From Candidatus Coatesbacteria bacterium (GTDB taxonomy: Bacteria > JAFGND01): DNA of 42,441 bases. The position numbers were made by a program, and so were the translations under genes. Positions 1-8,610 of this stretch are shown piece by piece; the first letter of the stretch is position 1, and every line of letters begins with the position of its first letter. Under the pieces are notes generated by a model. That model was not told the DNA's origin. It saw only the letters and a list, made by a program, of their open reading frames with translations, and searched no databases. The stretch lies in NCBI GenBank assembly GCA_016927185.1, contig JAFGND010000002.1, forward strand, positions 1 to 42,441, in the 5' to 3' direction.

Positions 1-372
1 TATGCAATATCATCTAGTTTTGATCTCACATTAAAATATTGGAGAGTATCAGATGGCACTTGCATAAGAACATTTTATGGACATACTAAACTAGTAGATG
101 AAGTTGCTTTCAGTCCAATAGGTCAGACTGGTTTCAAAGACAACAAATCAGCTTCTTATATTCCAGCCCCCTCCCTCTCCATCTCACCCAACCCCTTCTC
201 AGATAGATTAGCAATAACAGTTCCTTCTTCAGGAGCAATCTATTCCCTTACTGGTCAACTGGTTATGAACCTTACCAAAGGCAAGCATTCTCTTGATACT
301 AGCAAATGGAGAGAGGGAATTTATATAGTTAAGGCAGGGAAAGAAACAAAAAAAATAATAAAGATTAATTAG
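1..372 (+). CDS. 3' part of a WD40-repeat protein with T9SS type A-like C-terminal sorting domain (5'-truncated by window; absent from ORF track)
   Basis: Frame +1 is open from base 1: YAISSSFDLTLKYWRVSDGTCIRTFYGHTKLVDEVAFSP (WD40 signature), then TGFKDNK...SISPNPF...GIYIVKAGKETKKIIKIN, stop TAG at 370-372. Confidence 0.9.
   Translation, partial: YAISSSFDLTLKYWRVSDGTCIRTFYGHTKLVDEVAFSPIGQTGFKDNKSASYIPAPSLSISPNPFSDRLAITVPSSGAIYSLTGQLVMNLTKGKHSLDTSKWREGIYIVKAGKETKKIIKIN
127..372 (+). repeat. 246-bp linker+CTD module, copy 1
   Basis: Colinear with copies at 1421, 2740, 36604 and 41053(-); 241-318 matches the copy 3 equivalent at 75 of 78 bases. Confidence 0.92.
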
Positions 373-391
373 AAATATTAAGGAGGTTGAA

Positions 392-1666
392 ATGAAGACT
401 TTTACATTTATAGTTCTTTTCCTATACTTGACTTGTTTTCTCTTTTCAGAACCAGGAGATTTGATATGGAAATACGAAACAGGGGCTTATATAGACTCTA
501 AACCTTTTATAAATGATACTTCAGTCTATATAGGAAGTAATGATTGTAAGTTCTATGCTTTGAATGCATTTGATGGAAAACTAATTTGGTTATACAAATC
601 AGGTGATCTTATTGTTACTACTGCTTGTTATGAGAAAAATATAGTTTTCTTTGGAAATTTTTCAGGATATTTATTTGCATTAACATCATCTAATGGAATG
701 CTGGAATGGAGTTATTATTCCGGAGATTATACAATTAGATCTTCTCCCTGTATCTATAATGGACTTATTTATTTTGGAGACAATAACAATTACGTATATG
801 CATTAACTAAAAGCAATGGGATTGAAAAATGGAAATATAAAACTGATGGGGCAGTAAGGTCTTCTCCATGTGTTTCAGATGGAGTTGTTTATGTTGGAAG
901 TAATGATAATTATCTTTATGCTATAAATAGCTCAGATGGAACTCTTAAATGGAGATATCAAACAGGTGAAAATGTTTCCTCCTCTCCTTGTGTCTCTGAT
1001 GGAGTTGTTTATGTTGGAAGTAATGATACTTATCTTTATGCAATAAATTGTTCAGAAGGAACTCTTAAATGGAGATATAAGACAAGTGGTATGGTTTATT
1101 CCTCTCCATGTGTTTCAGATGGAGTTGTTTATGTTGGAAGTAATGATAATTATCTTTATGCTATAAATTGCTCAGATGGAACTTTTAAATGGAGATATCA
1201 AACAGGTGATGGTGTTTTCTCCTCTCCTTGTGTCTCAGATGGAGTTGTTTATACTGGAAGTTATGATGGCTATCTTTATGTATTGAATTCTTCAGACGGG
1301 TCGTTAAAATGGAGATATAGAGGAGAGAATGCTGGAATTGTTAATTCCCCTATTGTAGCTAATGGGATTGTATATTTTTGCAGTAGTCAATTCATCCAGG
1401 CAGTAGAAACTTACGGATATACTGGCTTCAAAGAGAATAAATCAGATTCTTATATTCCTTCCAAATCATTCTCCATCTCTCCTAACCCCTTCTCAATCCG
1501 CTTGTCAATTTCCCTGCCATCCTCAGGAGCTATCTATTCCCTTACAGGTCAATTGATAATGAAATTAGATAAAGGCAAACATTTTCTTGATACTAGCAAA
1601 TGGAGAGAGGGAATTTATATAGTGAAGAGTGGCATGGAATGCAAGAGAGTAGTGAAAATAAATTAA
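392..1666 (+). CDS. Secreted PQQ-like/BamB-type beta-propeller repeat protein with T9SS-like C-terminal domain
   Basis: AAGGAGG SD, signal peptide, about eight 40-aa repeats (SSPCVSDGVVYVGSNDxYLYAxxxxDGTLKWRY), terminal SPNPF...GIYIV domain. Confidence 0.9.
   Translation: MKTFTFIVLFLYLTCFLFSEPGDLIWKYETGAYIDSKPFINDTSVYIGSNDCKFYALNAFDGKLIWLYKSGDLIVTTACYEKNIVFFGNFSGYLFALTSSNGMLEWSYYSGDYTIRSSPCIYNGLIYFGDNNNYVYALTKSNGIEKWKYKTDGAVRSSPCVSDGVVYVGSNDNYLYAINSSDGTLKWRYQTGENVSSSPCVSDGVVYVGSNDTYLYAINCSEGTLKWRYKTSGMVYSSPCVSDGVVYVGSNDNYLYAINCSDGTFKWRYQTGDGVFSSPCVSDGVVYTGSYDGYLYVLNSSDGSLKWRYRGENAGIVNSPIVANGIVYFCSSQFIQAVETYGYTGFKENKSDSYIPSKSFSISPNPFSIRLSISLPSSGAIYSLTGQLIMKLDKGKHFLDTSKWREGIYIVKSGMECKRVVKIN
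841..1320 (+). repeat. Four tandem near-identical 120-bp repeats (propeller blades)
   Basis: Units at 841, 961, 1081 and 1201 align without gaps, e.g. gatggagttgtttatgttggaagtaatgat...tatctttatg...aaatggagatat. Confidence 0.95.
1421..1666 (+). repeat. 246-bp linker+CTD module, copy 2
   Basis: Encodes TGFKENK...KRVVKIN; same length and high DNA similarity to the other copies. Confidence 0.92.
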
Positions 1667-1677
1667 GGAAGTAATTT

Positions 1678-2985
1678 ATGAAAAACTTTATAATTGTGGT
1701 TTTCATCCTTTATTCAATTAGCATAGTTTTTTCAGCTCGTGGGGATTTAATATGGAGGTATAAGACAGGGGATTCAGTTAAATCATCTCCTTATGTAAAT
1801 TCAACGACAGTTTTTGTCGGAAGCAATGATACCTATATATATGCTCTCAAACGAACTAATGGAGATTTAATATGGAGATACAAGACAGGAGGAGAAGTCA
1901 TTTCCTCACCGTATCTTTATGGTAATATGATATTTGCAGGAAGCAGAGATGGAGTTATGTATGCAATTCAGGCAGATAATGGAAGCATATTATGGACATT
2001 CAATGCTGGGCAACCTATTATTTCATCTCCAAATATACATGGATACTGGTCAAGTGGAAGGTTGGTTTTAGGATCCGATAATAGCAAAATATATGAGATA
2101 GACTATTATTCTGGTGAAATATATTATACTACCAATACCAACGCTGCCGTTGTTACAAAAGCTGATGGCTTCACTAATGGTTGTCCTTGGTATTCGATGG
2201 GGGATATTTCAGGTACTCTATGGACAATCATCCCCGGTCAGGGAATTGCAGACAGAATTAATATGCAATCACCTATCTATTCTTCAGTTGCAGTTCATGG
2301 TAGTGCTGGTTACAGGTATTTTGGTACTATTGATGGTAAAATGCATTGCTTGAATACTGCTCAGCATAGTCCTTTAGTTCTCTGGGAATATCAAACAGAA
2401 GGAGCAATTTATTCTTCCCCAAAGCTTGTTGTTAGTAAAGGTAAGCTTTATTTTGGTAGTAGAGACGGTTATCTTTATTCATTATATAGCGGAGATGGAA
2501 GTCTTGAATGGCGTTTCAAAACAAATGGCAGTATAGATTCATCTCCATTTTATTACTATAATTATATATTCTTTGGAAGTAATGACTCATACGTATATTG
2601 CATAAAAGCAACTGATGGTTCTTTATATTGGAAATATCAGACTGGTGGGGAAGTCAATTCAAGTCCTTCAGTTAGTCTTGGAACAGTAATTGTAGGGAGC
2701 AATGATGGTTATATTTATGCTATAGAAACTTCAGAAGAGACAGATTTTGATAAACAAGAAAACTACTCAATTATTCCAGCTAAATCCTTTTCAGCTTCCC
2801 CCAACCCCTTCTCATCCCGCTTGTCAATTTCCCTGCCATCTTCAGGTGCTGTCTATTCCCTTACTGGTCAACTGGTTATGAACCTTACCAAAGGCAAACA
2901 TTCTCTTGATACAAGCAAATGGAAAGAGGGAGTTTATGTAGTGAAGGCAGGGAAGGAATGCAAGAGGGTGGTGAAGGTAAACTAG
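1678..2985 (+). CDS. Secreted PQQ-like beta-propeller protein with T9SS-like C-terminal domain
   Basis: Signal peptide, GDLIWRYKTG/SSP/GSxDG repeats with divergent central blades, shared CTD. Confidence 0.9.
   Translation: MKNFIIVVFILYSISIVFSARGDLIWRYKTGDSVKSSPYVNSTTVFVGSNDTYIYALKRTNGDLIWRYKTGGEVISSPYLYGNMIFAGSRDGVMYAIQADNGSILWTFNAGQPIISSPNIHGYWSSGRLVLGSDNSKIYEIDYYSGEIYYTTNTNAAVVTKADGFTNGCPWYSMGDISGTLWTIIPGQGIADRINMQSPIYSSVAVHGSAGYRYFGTIDGKMHCLNTAQHSPLVLWEYQTEGAIYSSPKLVVSKGKLYFGSRDGYLYSLYSGDGSLEWRFKTNGSIDSSPFYYYNYIFFGSNDSYVYCIKATDGSLYWKYQTGGEVNSSPSVSLGTVIVGSNDGYIYAIETSEETDFDKQENYSIIPAKSFSASPNPFSSRLSISLPSSGAVYSLTGQLVMNLTKGKHSLDTSKWKEGVYVVKAGKECKRVVKVN
2740..2985 (+). repeat. 246-bp linker+CTD module, copy 3
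   Basis: Encodes TDFDKQ...SASPNPFSSRLSISLPSSGAVYSLTGQLV...KRVVKVN. Confidence 0.9.
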
Positions 2986-2992
2986 TAAGAAG

Positions 2993-3028
2993 AAATAAGT
3001 AATAAGATCTTTGAAATGAACTCAGGAT
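2993..3028 (+). repeat. Degenerate REP-like palindrome downstream of CTD gene
   Basis: AAATAAGTAATAAGATCTTTGAAATGAACTCAGGAT resembles the reverse complement of 41009-41046. Confidence 0.6.
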
Positions 3029-3157
3029 TTTAGTTTAATGTAACTTCCCTTTATCTGAATCCAGAACTTCTCTGTGACTGGATTGATACCTCCTTAAAGA
3101 AAAGCTTGACTAATAAGGCAATAATTGAATACAAGAAAGCAAGAAAACTTAAGGAAT

Positions 3158-4063
3158 ATGGCGCAAATCCCCAATATACATAATGAGGAGTACTTTCCTT
3201 ACAAGGAAGCTTGTATGAGATACTATCTTCCAATTCAGCCAGATAGTCTGGTCCTGGATGTCGGAGGAGGTCATGATCCTGTTCAATGGGCAGATCTTGT
3301 CATAGACAAGTATCCAAATGATACTTATCACAGGGATGGTGCAGAAGCAAAGATTCTGAAAGACAAGACAATAATTGCAGATGCAACAAGACTTCCATTC
3401 AAGGATAAGTCATTCGATTTCATTTTCTGCAAGCATGTTGTAGAGCATATGAAAGACAGGGAACAAGTGACTGCAATCCTGAATGAGCTTTCAAGAATAG
3501 GTAAATTCGGTCTTATTACCAGTCCTTCTGAAATATGCGAAAGAATTCTTGGATGGGATTTCCATGTCTGGTTTGTAAACAACAAGGATGGGAAAATTCT
3601 TTTCAGGAAAAAGCAAACTCCCTTACCACCATGGGGTTATCTCATAAGAGTGACAACTTCCTCTGAGTCAAGGAATACAAGAGAGTGGAGCGATTTATAT
3701 AACAAATTCATACCGTTTTTCGAGATGCAGTATTTATGGGAAGACAGTATAGAATTTGATTTCATAGAAGATGATGAAATGATTTTTCCATATGAAGATA
3801 AGAAATTCTGTCTTGATTATGTCCAGAATAAGAGAACAGTTATTCCAAACTGGATTGAGAAGAAAAAGGATGGCATAAGACGAAAGCTGTTCCTGAAGAA
3901 AAGAGAAAAAACAAAACAGGAAAGACTTAAGAGAGCATTTGCTACATTGATATGTCCTTCATGCAGAAGCGAGGAAATGGAGAAAGAAAAGAACAAAATA
4001 ATCTGCAGAAATTGCAGCAAGGAATATCAAAAAAATAATGGTGTCTGGAATCTTGATTTTTAA
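3158..4063 (+). CDS. Class I SAM-dependent methyltransferase (type 11) with C-terminal Trm112-like zinc domain
   Basis: VLDVGGG motif I, DATRLPFKDKSFDFIFCKHVVEH, C-terminal CPSC...CRNC...Y...GVWNL. Start chosen at ATG 3158 after AAGGA (uncertain). Confidence 0.8.
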   Translation: MAQIPNIHNEEYFPYKEACMRYYLPIQPDSLVLDVGGGHDPVQWADLVIDKYPNDTYHRDGAEAKILKDKTIIADATRLPFKDKSFDFIFCKHVVEHMKDREQVTAILNELSRIGKFGLITSPSEICERILGWDFHVWFVNNKDGKILFRKKQTPLPPWGYLIRVTTSSESRNTREWSDLYNKFIPFFEMQYLWEDSIEFDFIEDDEMIFPYEDKKFCLDYVQNKRTVIPNWIEKKKDGIRRKLFLKKREKTKQERLKRAFATLICPSCRSEEMEKEKNKIICRNCSKEYQKNNGVWNLDF

Positions 4064-4202
4064 GGAAATCCATCCTGCCGATTTTACAAAAACATTAAAA
4101 TATAAGTAATTTTTACGTATTTCACTTGTCAAAAAAATAGCCTTTCTCTGACTTTGAATTTCTATTATAGGAGTTTCAATTTTGTTAAGGAGGCTGTTGA
4201 AA

Positions 4203-4616
4203 ATGCCTGAAAACACAAAAAAAGAGCTGAACATTAAACCTGAGGAAATACTGGAAATAATAAAAGATATTTCCGGTCAGGATGTTTATGTTTGTTATCA
4301 ATGTGGGAAGTGCACTGCAGGTTGCCCCATGAGCGAAAACATGGATATAATGCCAAACCAGATAATAAGACTGCTTCAGATAGGAGCCTTTGACGAACTA
4401 TTAAAGCATAATACTATATGGCTTTGCGCTTCATGCCTGACTTGCACAAGCAGATGTCCAAAGGGAGTTGATCTTGCAAGGATAATGGAGGCAGTAAGAC
4501 TTCTGCTTTTGAGACAGAATGTTGCTTACCTTAATGCTTCAGATATTCCCGAGGAAGACAGGGAAGAGCTTCCTATTCAGGCACTAGTTGGTGCCATGCG
4601 TAAATATTCCCCTTAG
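4203..4616 (+). CDS. hdrC: Heterodisulfide reductase subunit C
   Basis: CYQCGKCTAGCP and WLCASCLTCTSRCP 4Fe-4S motifs; AAGGAGG SD before ATG 4203; adjacent to hdrB. Confidence 0.92.
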   Translation: MPENTKKELNIKPEEILEIIKDISGQDVYVCYQCGKCTAGCPMSENMDIMPNQIIRLLQIGAFDELLKHNTIWLCASCLTCTSRCPKGVDLARIMEAVRLLLLRQNVAYLNASDIPEEDREELPIQALVGAMRKYSP

Positions 4617-4634
4617 AATTTGGATGGAGGAGAA

Positions 4635-5528
4635 ATGAAAGTAAATTTTTATCCGGGTTGTACCTTGAAGACAAAAGCCAGTAACTTGGAAAGAACTGCC
4701 AAAGCCAGCATGGCAATCCTTGGCATTGAACTTGAGGAAATGGCAGAATGGACATGCTGTGGAGCAAATTTCTCTCTGGCAAATGACAATATTATGAAAA
4801 TGGCAGCTCCAATAAGAAATCTGGCAAGAGCTGAAAAAGTTGGTACTGAATTAGTAACTATTTGCAGCGCATGCTATAATGTACTTAAAAGAGCGAATTA
4901 TGCAGTCAAAAATGATTCAGAGAAGCTGGAAAAACTGAATCTCTTCCTTGAAGATGGCAAGATCCAGGACAATGACGATCAGTATCATGGTAAAGTGAAT
5001 GTACTGCATTTGCTAGAATTAATAAAGGAAAAGATCGGATTCGATAATCTGAAGAAATATATCAAGAAACCATTGAATGGACTGAAAGTGGCTCCATATT
5101 ATGGCTGTCAGCTTATCAGACCGCAAAAGGAACTCGAAATAGAGGATCAGGAAGCTCCCGAGATACTTCATAATCTTATTGATGCACTGGGAGGAGATGC
5201 TGTTGATTATTCAATGGATACCGAGTGTTGCGGTTCATACGTAGAGGTAAACAGGCCAAAGGAAGTATGGCTTGCTTCATACAGGATACTTCGTCAGGCA
5301 AGAGCAGCAGGAGCTAAGATTATGATAACCAGCTGTCCCTTGTGCCTCTATAATCTTGACAAGCATCAATTCGATATTGAGAAGGAGCACAGTGATTTCA
5401 AGCCAGTTCCCATTCTTTATTTCACTCAGTTGTTAGGTCTGGCTCTGGGTTTACCCGAAGAGGAACTGGAATTGAACGGAACAAAGGTTGATCCCAGACC
5501 AGTATTGAAAGAATCTGGTCTGTTATAA
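4635..5528 (+). CDS. hdrB: Heterodisulfide reductase subunit B
   Basis: Two CCG domains (YPGC..WTCCG..CSACY; YYGC..ECCG..SCPLC); GGAGGAG SD before ATG 4635. Confidence 0.93.
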   Translation: MKVNFYPGCTLKTKASNLERTAKASMAILGIELEEMAEWTCCGANFSLANDNIMKMAAPIRNLARAEKVGTELVTICSACYNVLKRANYAVKNDSEKLEKLNLFLEDGKIQDNDDQYHGKVNVLHLLELIKEKIGFDNLKKYIKKPLNGLKVAPYYGCQLIRPQKELEIEDQEAPEILHNLIDALGGDAVDYSMDTECCGSYVEVNRPKEVWLASYRILRQARAAGAKIMITSCPLCLYNLDKHQFDIEKEHSDFKPVPILYFTQLLGLALGLPEEELELNGTKVDPRPVLKESGLL

Positions 5529-5538
5529 GGAGGCATAG

Positions 5539-7494
5539 ATGAAAAGAATAGGTGTTTTTGTCTGCTGGTGCGGATCAAACATTGCTGGAACTGTTGATGT
5601 AGAGAAGGTTGCTGAGCATTTCAGGACTTATCCTGGTGTTGTTCATGCTGAATCATATCAATATCTTTGTAGTGAACCTGGGCAGAAAATAATTCTCAAC
5701 AGGATCAAGGAGCATGGCTTGAAGGGAGTTGTAATTGCGGCGTGCAGCCCGACAATGCATGAGTCGACATTCCGAAATACTGTACAGCAGATAGGATTCA
5801 ATCCTTTTCAGCTTGAAATAGCGAATATAAGGGAACAGGTTAGCTGGGTTACTGAAGACAAGGATTCTGCTACTTCAAAAGCAATTACTTCCATTTCCCA
5901 AATAGTTGAGAAATTGAAGGGAAATGAAGCACTTGATCCTATTCAGGTACCTGTTACAAAGAAGGCTCTTGTGATTGGTGGAGGAATTGCAGGAATAGAA
6001 GCTGCACTTAATATTGCGAAAGCAGGTTACAAAGTATATCTTGTTGAAAAGGAAGCAACAATTGGCGGACATATGGCACAGTTATCTGAGACTTTCCCGA
6101 CACTTGACTGTTCACAATGTATTCTTACTCCCAAGATGGTGGAAGTTGCAAGGCATCCAAATGTTGAGCTTTACACTTTGTCAAAAGTCACTAAAATTGA
6201 AGGATTTATAGGAAACTTCAAGGTGACTGTTCATAAAGAACCTGATTATGTAAAAAGAGCTGACTGCACTGCATGTGGTGATTGTGCAGAAGTATGTCCT
6301 GTCGAAGTTCCAAGTGAATTCAATCAGACACTAAAATACAGGAAAGCAATATATATTCCGTCTCCACAGGCTGTTCCAACCATTTATCATATAGATCCGG
6401 AAACATGTCTCGGGATAAACCCGATTAAATGCAATAAATGTGCAGAAGCTTGTGAGAGAAAGGCAATTGATTTCGACCAGCAACCAGAAGACATACTTAT
6501 AGAAGTAGGTGCAATAGTTGTTGCTACAGGATATGACTTATATGACAAGGAATTAATGGCTGAATATGGATATGGACGTTATCAAGATGTAATTGATGGA
6601 TTGCAATTCGAAAGAATTCTTTCAGCATCAGGACCGACTGAAGGAAAAGTGCTTCGTCCATCAGATGGTACTGTCCCGAAAAGAGTGGTGTTCGTCCAGT
6701 GTTGCGGAAGCAGGGATCCTGAACATCACAAGGCATATTGCTCGAAAATCTGCTGCATGTATACAGCTAAGCATGCACTTTTATACAAGCATAAGGTTCA
6801 TGATGGAAAGGCAACTGTTTTTTACATGGATATAAGGGCAAATGGCAAGCGTTATGAGGAATTTGTGCAGAATGCAATTGAACATGAGCATATAAGTTAT
6901 CTGAGAGGAAGAGTGAGCAAGATTTATCAGGAGAATGATCATCTTGTAGTCATGGGTGCTGATACTCTCTCTGGCAAGAGAGTTGAAATAGAAGCTGATC
7001 TTGTTGTTCTTGCAATGGCAATGGTTCCAGGCAAGGGTACAATGGAACTAGCCAAGCTTTTAAAGGTTGGGTATGATGAGAACGGATTCCTTAATGAGGC
7101 TCATCCAAAATTGCGTCCTGTCGAAAGCCTTACAGGTGGAGTATTCATTGCCGGAGCGGTTCAGGCTCCAAAAGACATTCCTGAGACTGTTGCCCAGGCA
7201 TCTGGAGCTGCAAGCAAGGTTCTAGAGATGTTCGGTCAGGATTATTTATGGAAAGAGCCAACAATTGTTGATGTTGATGGTTCTCTGTGTTCCATGTGCG
7301 GGAATTGTGTCCTTGTATGTCCTTATGGTGCAAGATCATTGAATAAGGAAAAGCATATTGTGGAAGTCAATGCTGTCTTGTGCGAAAGCTGTGGTGCGTG
7401 TGCTGCAGCATGTCCAACTGGTGCTGCCCAGCAGAGAAATCTTACTGACAAGCAGATAGTGGATATGATAGAAGTAGCACTGGAGATAAAATAG
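5539..7494 (+). CDS. hdrA: Heterodisulfide reductase subunit A (FAD, Fe-S)
   Basis: RIGVFVCWCGSNIA start, GGGIAG FAD motif, FPTLDCSQC, CCGSRD..YCSKICC, ferredoxin motifs. Confidence 0.95.
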   Translation: MKRIGVFVCWCGSNIAGTVDVEKVAEHFRTYPGVVHAESYQYLCSEPGQKIILNRIKEHGLKGVVIAACSPTMHESTFRNTVQQIGFNPFQLEIANIREQVSWVTEDKDSATSKAITSISQIVEKLKGNEALDPIQVPVTKKALVIGGGIAGIEAALNIAKAGYKVYLVEKEATIGGHMAQLSETFPTLDCSQCILTPKMVEVARHPNVELYTLSKVTKIEGFIGNFKVTVHKEPDYVKRADCTACGDCAEVCPVEVPSEFNQTLKYRKAIYIPSPQAVPTIYHIDPETCLGINPIKCNKCAEACERKAIDFDQQPEDILIEVGAIVVATGYDLYDKELMAEYGYGRYQDVIDGLQFERILSASGPTEGKVLRPSDGTVPKRVVFVQCCGSRDPEHHKAYCSKICCMYTAKHALLYKHKVHDGKATVFYMDIRANGKRYEEFVQNAIEHEHISYLRGRVSKIYQENDHLVVMGADTLSGKRVEIEADLVVLAMAMVPGKGTMELAKLLKVGYDENGFLNEAHPKLRPVESLTGGVFIAGAVQAPKDIPETVAQASGAASKVLEMFGQDYLWKEPTIVDVDGSLCSMCGNCVLVCPYGARSLNKEKHIVEVNAVLCESCGACAAACPTGAAQQRNLTDKQIVDMIEVALEIK

Positions 7495-7498
7495 AAAC

Positions 7499-7528
7499 AG
7501 CTCCGCAATCAAGAGCGGAGCTTTATTT
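7499..7528 (+). terminator. Intrinsic terminator hairpin after hdrA, possibly bidirectional
   Basis: AGCTCCGC-AATCAAGA-GCGGAGCT followed by TTATTT, between convergent genes. Confidence 0.75.
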
Positions 7529-8386
7529 CATAACAACAATTGTCTGAAAACCTATAAGTCTGTTATCGCTCAGCAATTTACAGAAATATGCCCCTTCCTT
7601 CAGATTTCCTCCCTGCATTTTCTGGCTGTAAGTGACGTAATTCTCATTGCCGTTTGCAGTATAATCAAAGGATGTGATGACATTATCCAGGTTTTCATGA
7701 CACCATGCGAAAGTGATTTTCTCTCCAGCTGACAAAGGTCTGTTGAAAGTGAATTTGAATACTATATTACCTGAATAGTTTTTCTTGACTGTATTGGTTT
7801 TCCTGTCAATATTGTTGCTTGTTTTCCCTATACCAACCTCATTCTGAGATGAAACAAGAGATGGAGAAACCACCTTGTTTATATTGGTCTGGGAAGGAAT
7901 ACTTACAGAACGTGACGAAGAAGGTTTTGATTGGGATTGACTGACAAAAAGCACTGCAATCATGCTTATTCCCATTAAAAGAACTGCCATGCCGACTGCT
8001 AAAATAATTATTCTTGTGTTTTTTCTAGAAGTCTCTATTATTCTTGGATCAGACTGGTATTGATTTTTATATGATCTGTTAACCAATTCATTGGCTTCTT
8101 TTGTAGACATGTTTATGATTCTGCTTTGAGAATTGATTTTTATATCAGGATTTTTGCTTAAAGCATCGTTTATTATATTTTTCAGATCCTCCTGTGAATA
8201 ATCTACCTCTTCAGATGACAGGTCTTCAAGTGTCATTTCACTTGAAATAACAGAACCTTTGTTCATATTTGAACCGGATAGATTCAATTTATCGAATATC
8301 CCTGAGATATTATGTCCGCATTTCTGGCATACTTCCATATCAGGATGATTTTCAAATCCACAATTATAACATTTCTTCAATCTCAT
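7523..8386 (-). CDS. Zinc-ribbon single-pass membrane protein
   Basis: N-terminal CYNCG..N..CQKCG, one TM helix, Ser-rich linker, C-terminal beta-rich domain. Confidence 0.75.
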   Translation of the reverse strand: MRLKKCYNCGFENHPDMEVCQKCGHNISGIFDKLNLSGSNMNKGSVISSEMTLEDLSSEEVDYSQEDLKNIINDALSKNPDIKINSQSRIINMSTKEANELVNRSYKNQYQSDPRIIETSRKNTRIIILAVGMAVLLMGISMIAVLFVSQSQSKPSSSRSVSIPSQTNINKVVSPSLVSSQNEVGIGKTSNNIDRKTNTVKKNYSGNIVFKFTFNRPLSAGEKITFAWCHENLDNVITSFDYTANGNENYVTYSQKMQGGNLKEGAYFCKLLSDNRLIGFQTIVVMK

Positions 8387-8610
8387 TTAATCTTCCTTTT
8401 TTTATTAACCATTTCTTTCACGGGTTTTTATGTCAATAAAAATATGGAATTGCATGAATTAAGCATCAATTTTTATTCTTGAACCTGTTGAACTTAATTG
8501 TAAAACAATCTTTCAGTTTTTGAAGCAAAACAGATGCTTTATAATCTCTTTTGCTTGCCAAAAAGAATGCTAATATGAAATCAAGCAGGATAAATCGAAA
8601 GGAGCAGAAC

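Noticed and set aside
841-1320. Diversity-generating retroelement (TR/VR pair)
   Set aside because: No reverse transcriptase in the window, differences between repeats are not adenine-specific, and all copies are in-frame coding.
392-2985. True PQQ-dependent dehydrogenases or bamB
   Set aside because: No catalytic quinoprotein motifs or lipobox recognised; only the propeller repeat is shared.
5539-7494. Selenocysteine recoding in HdrA
   Set aside because: The ORF is uninterrupted, with Cys in FPTLDC and no in-frame TGA.
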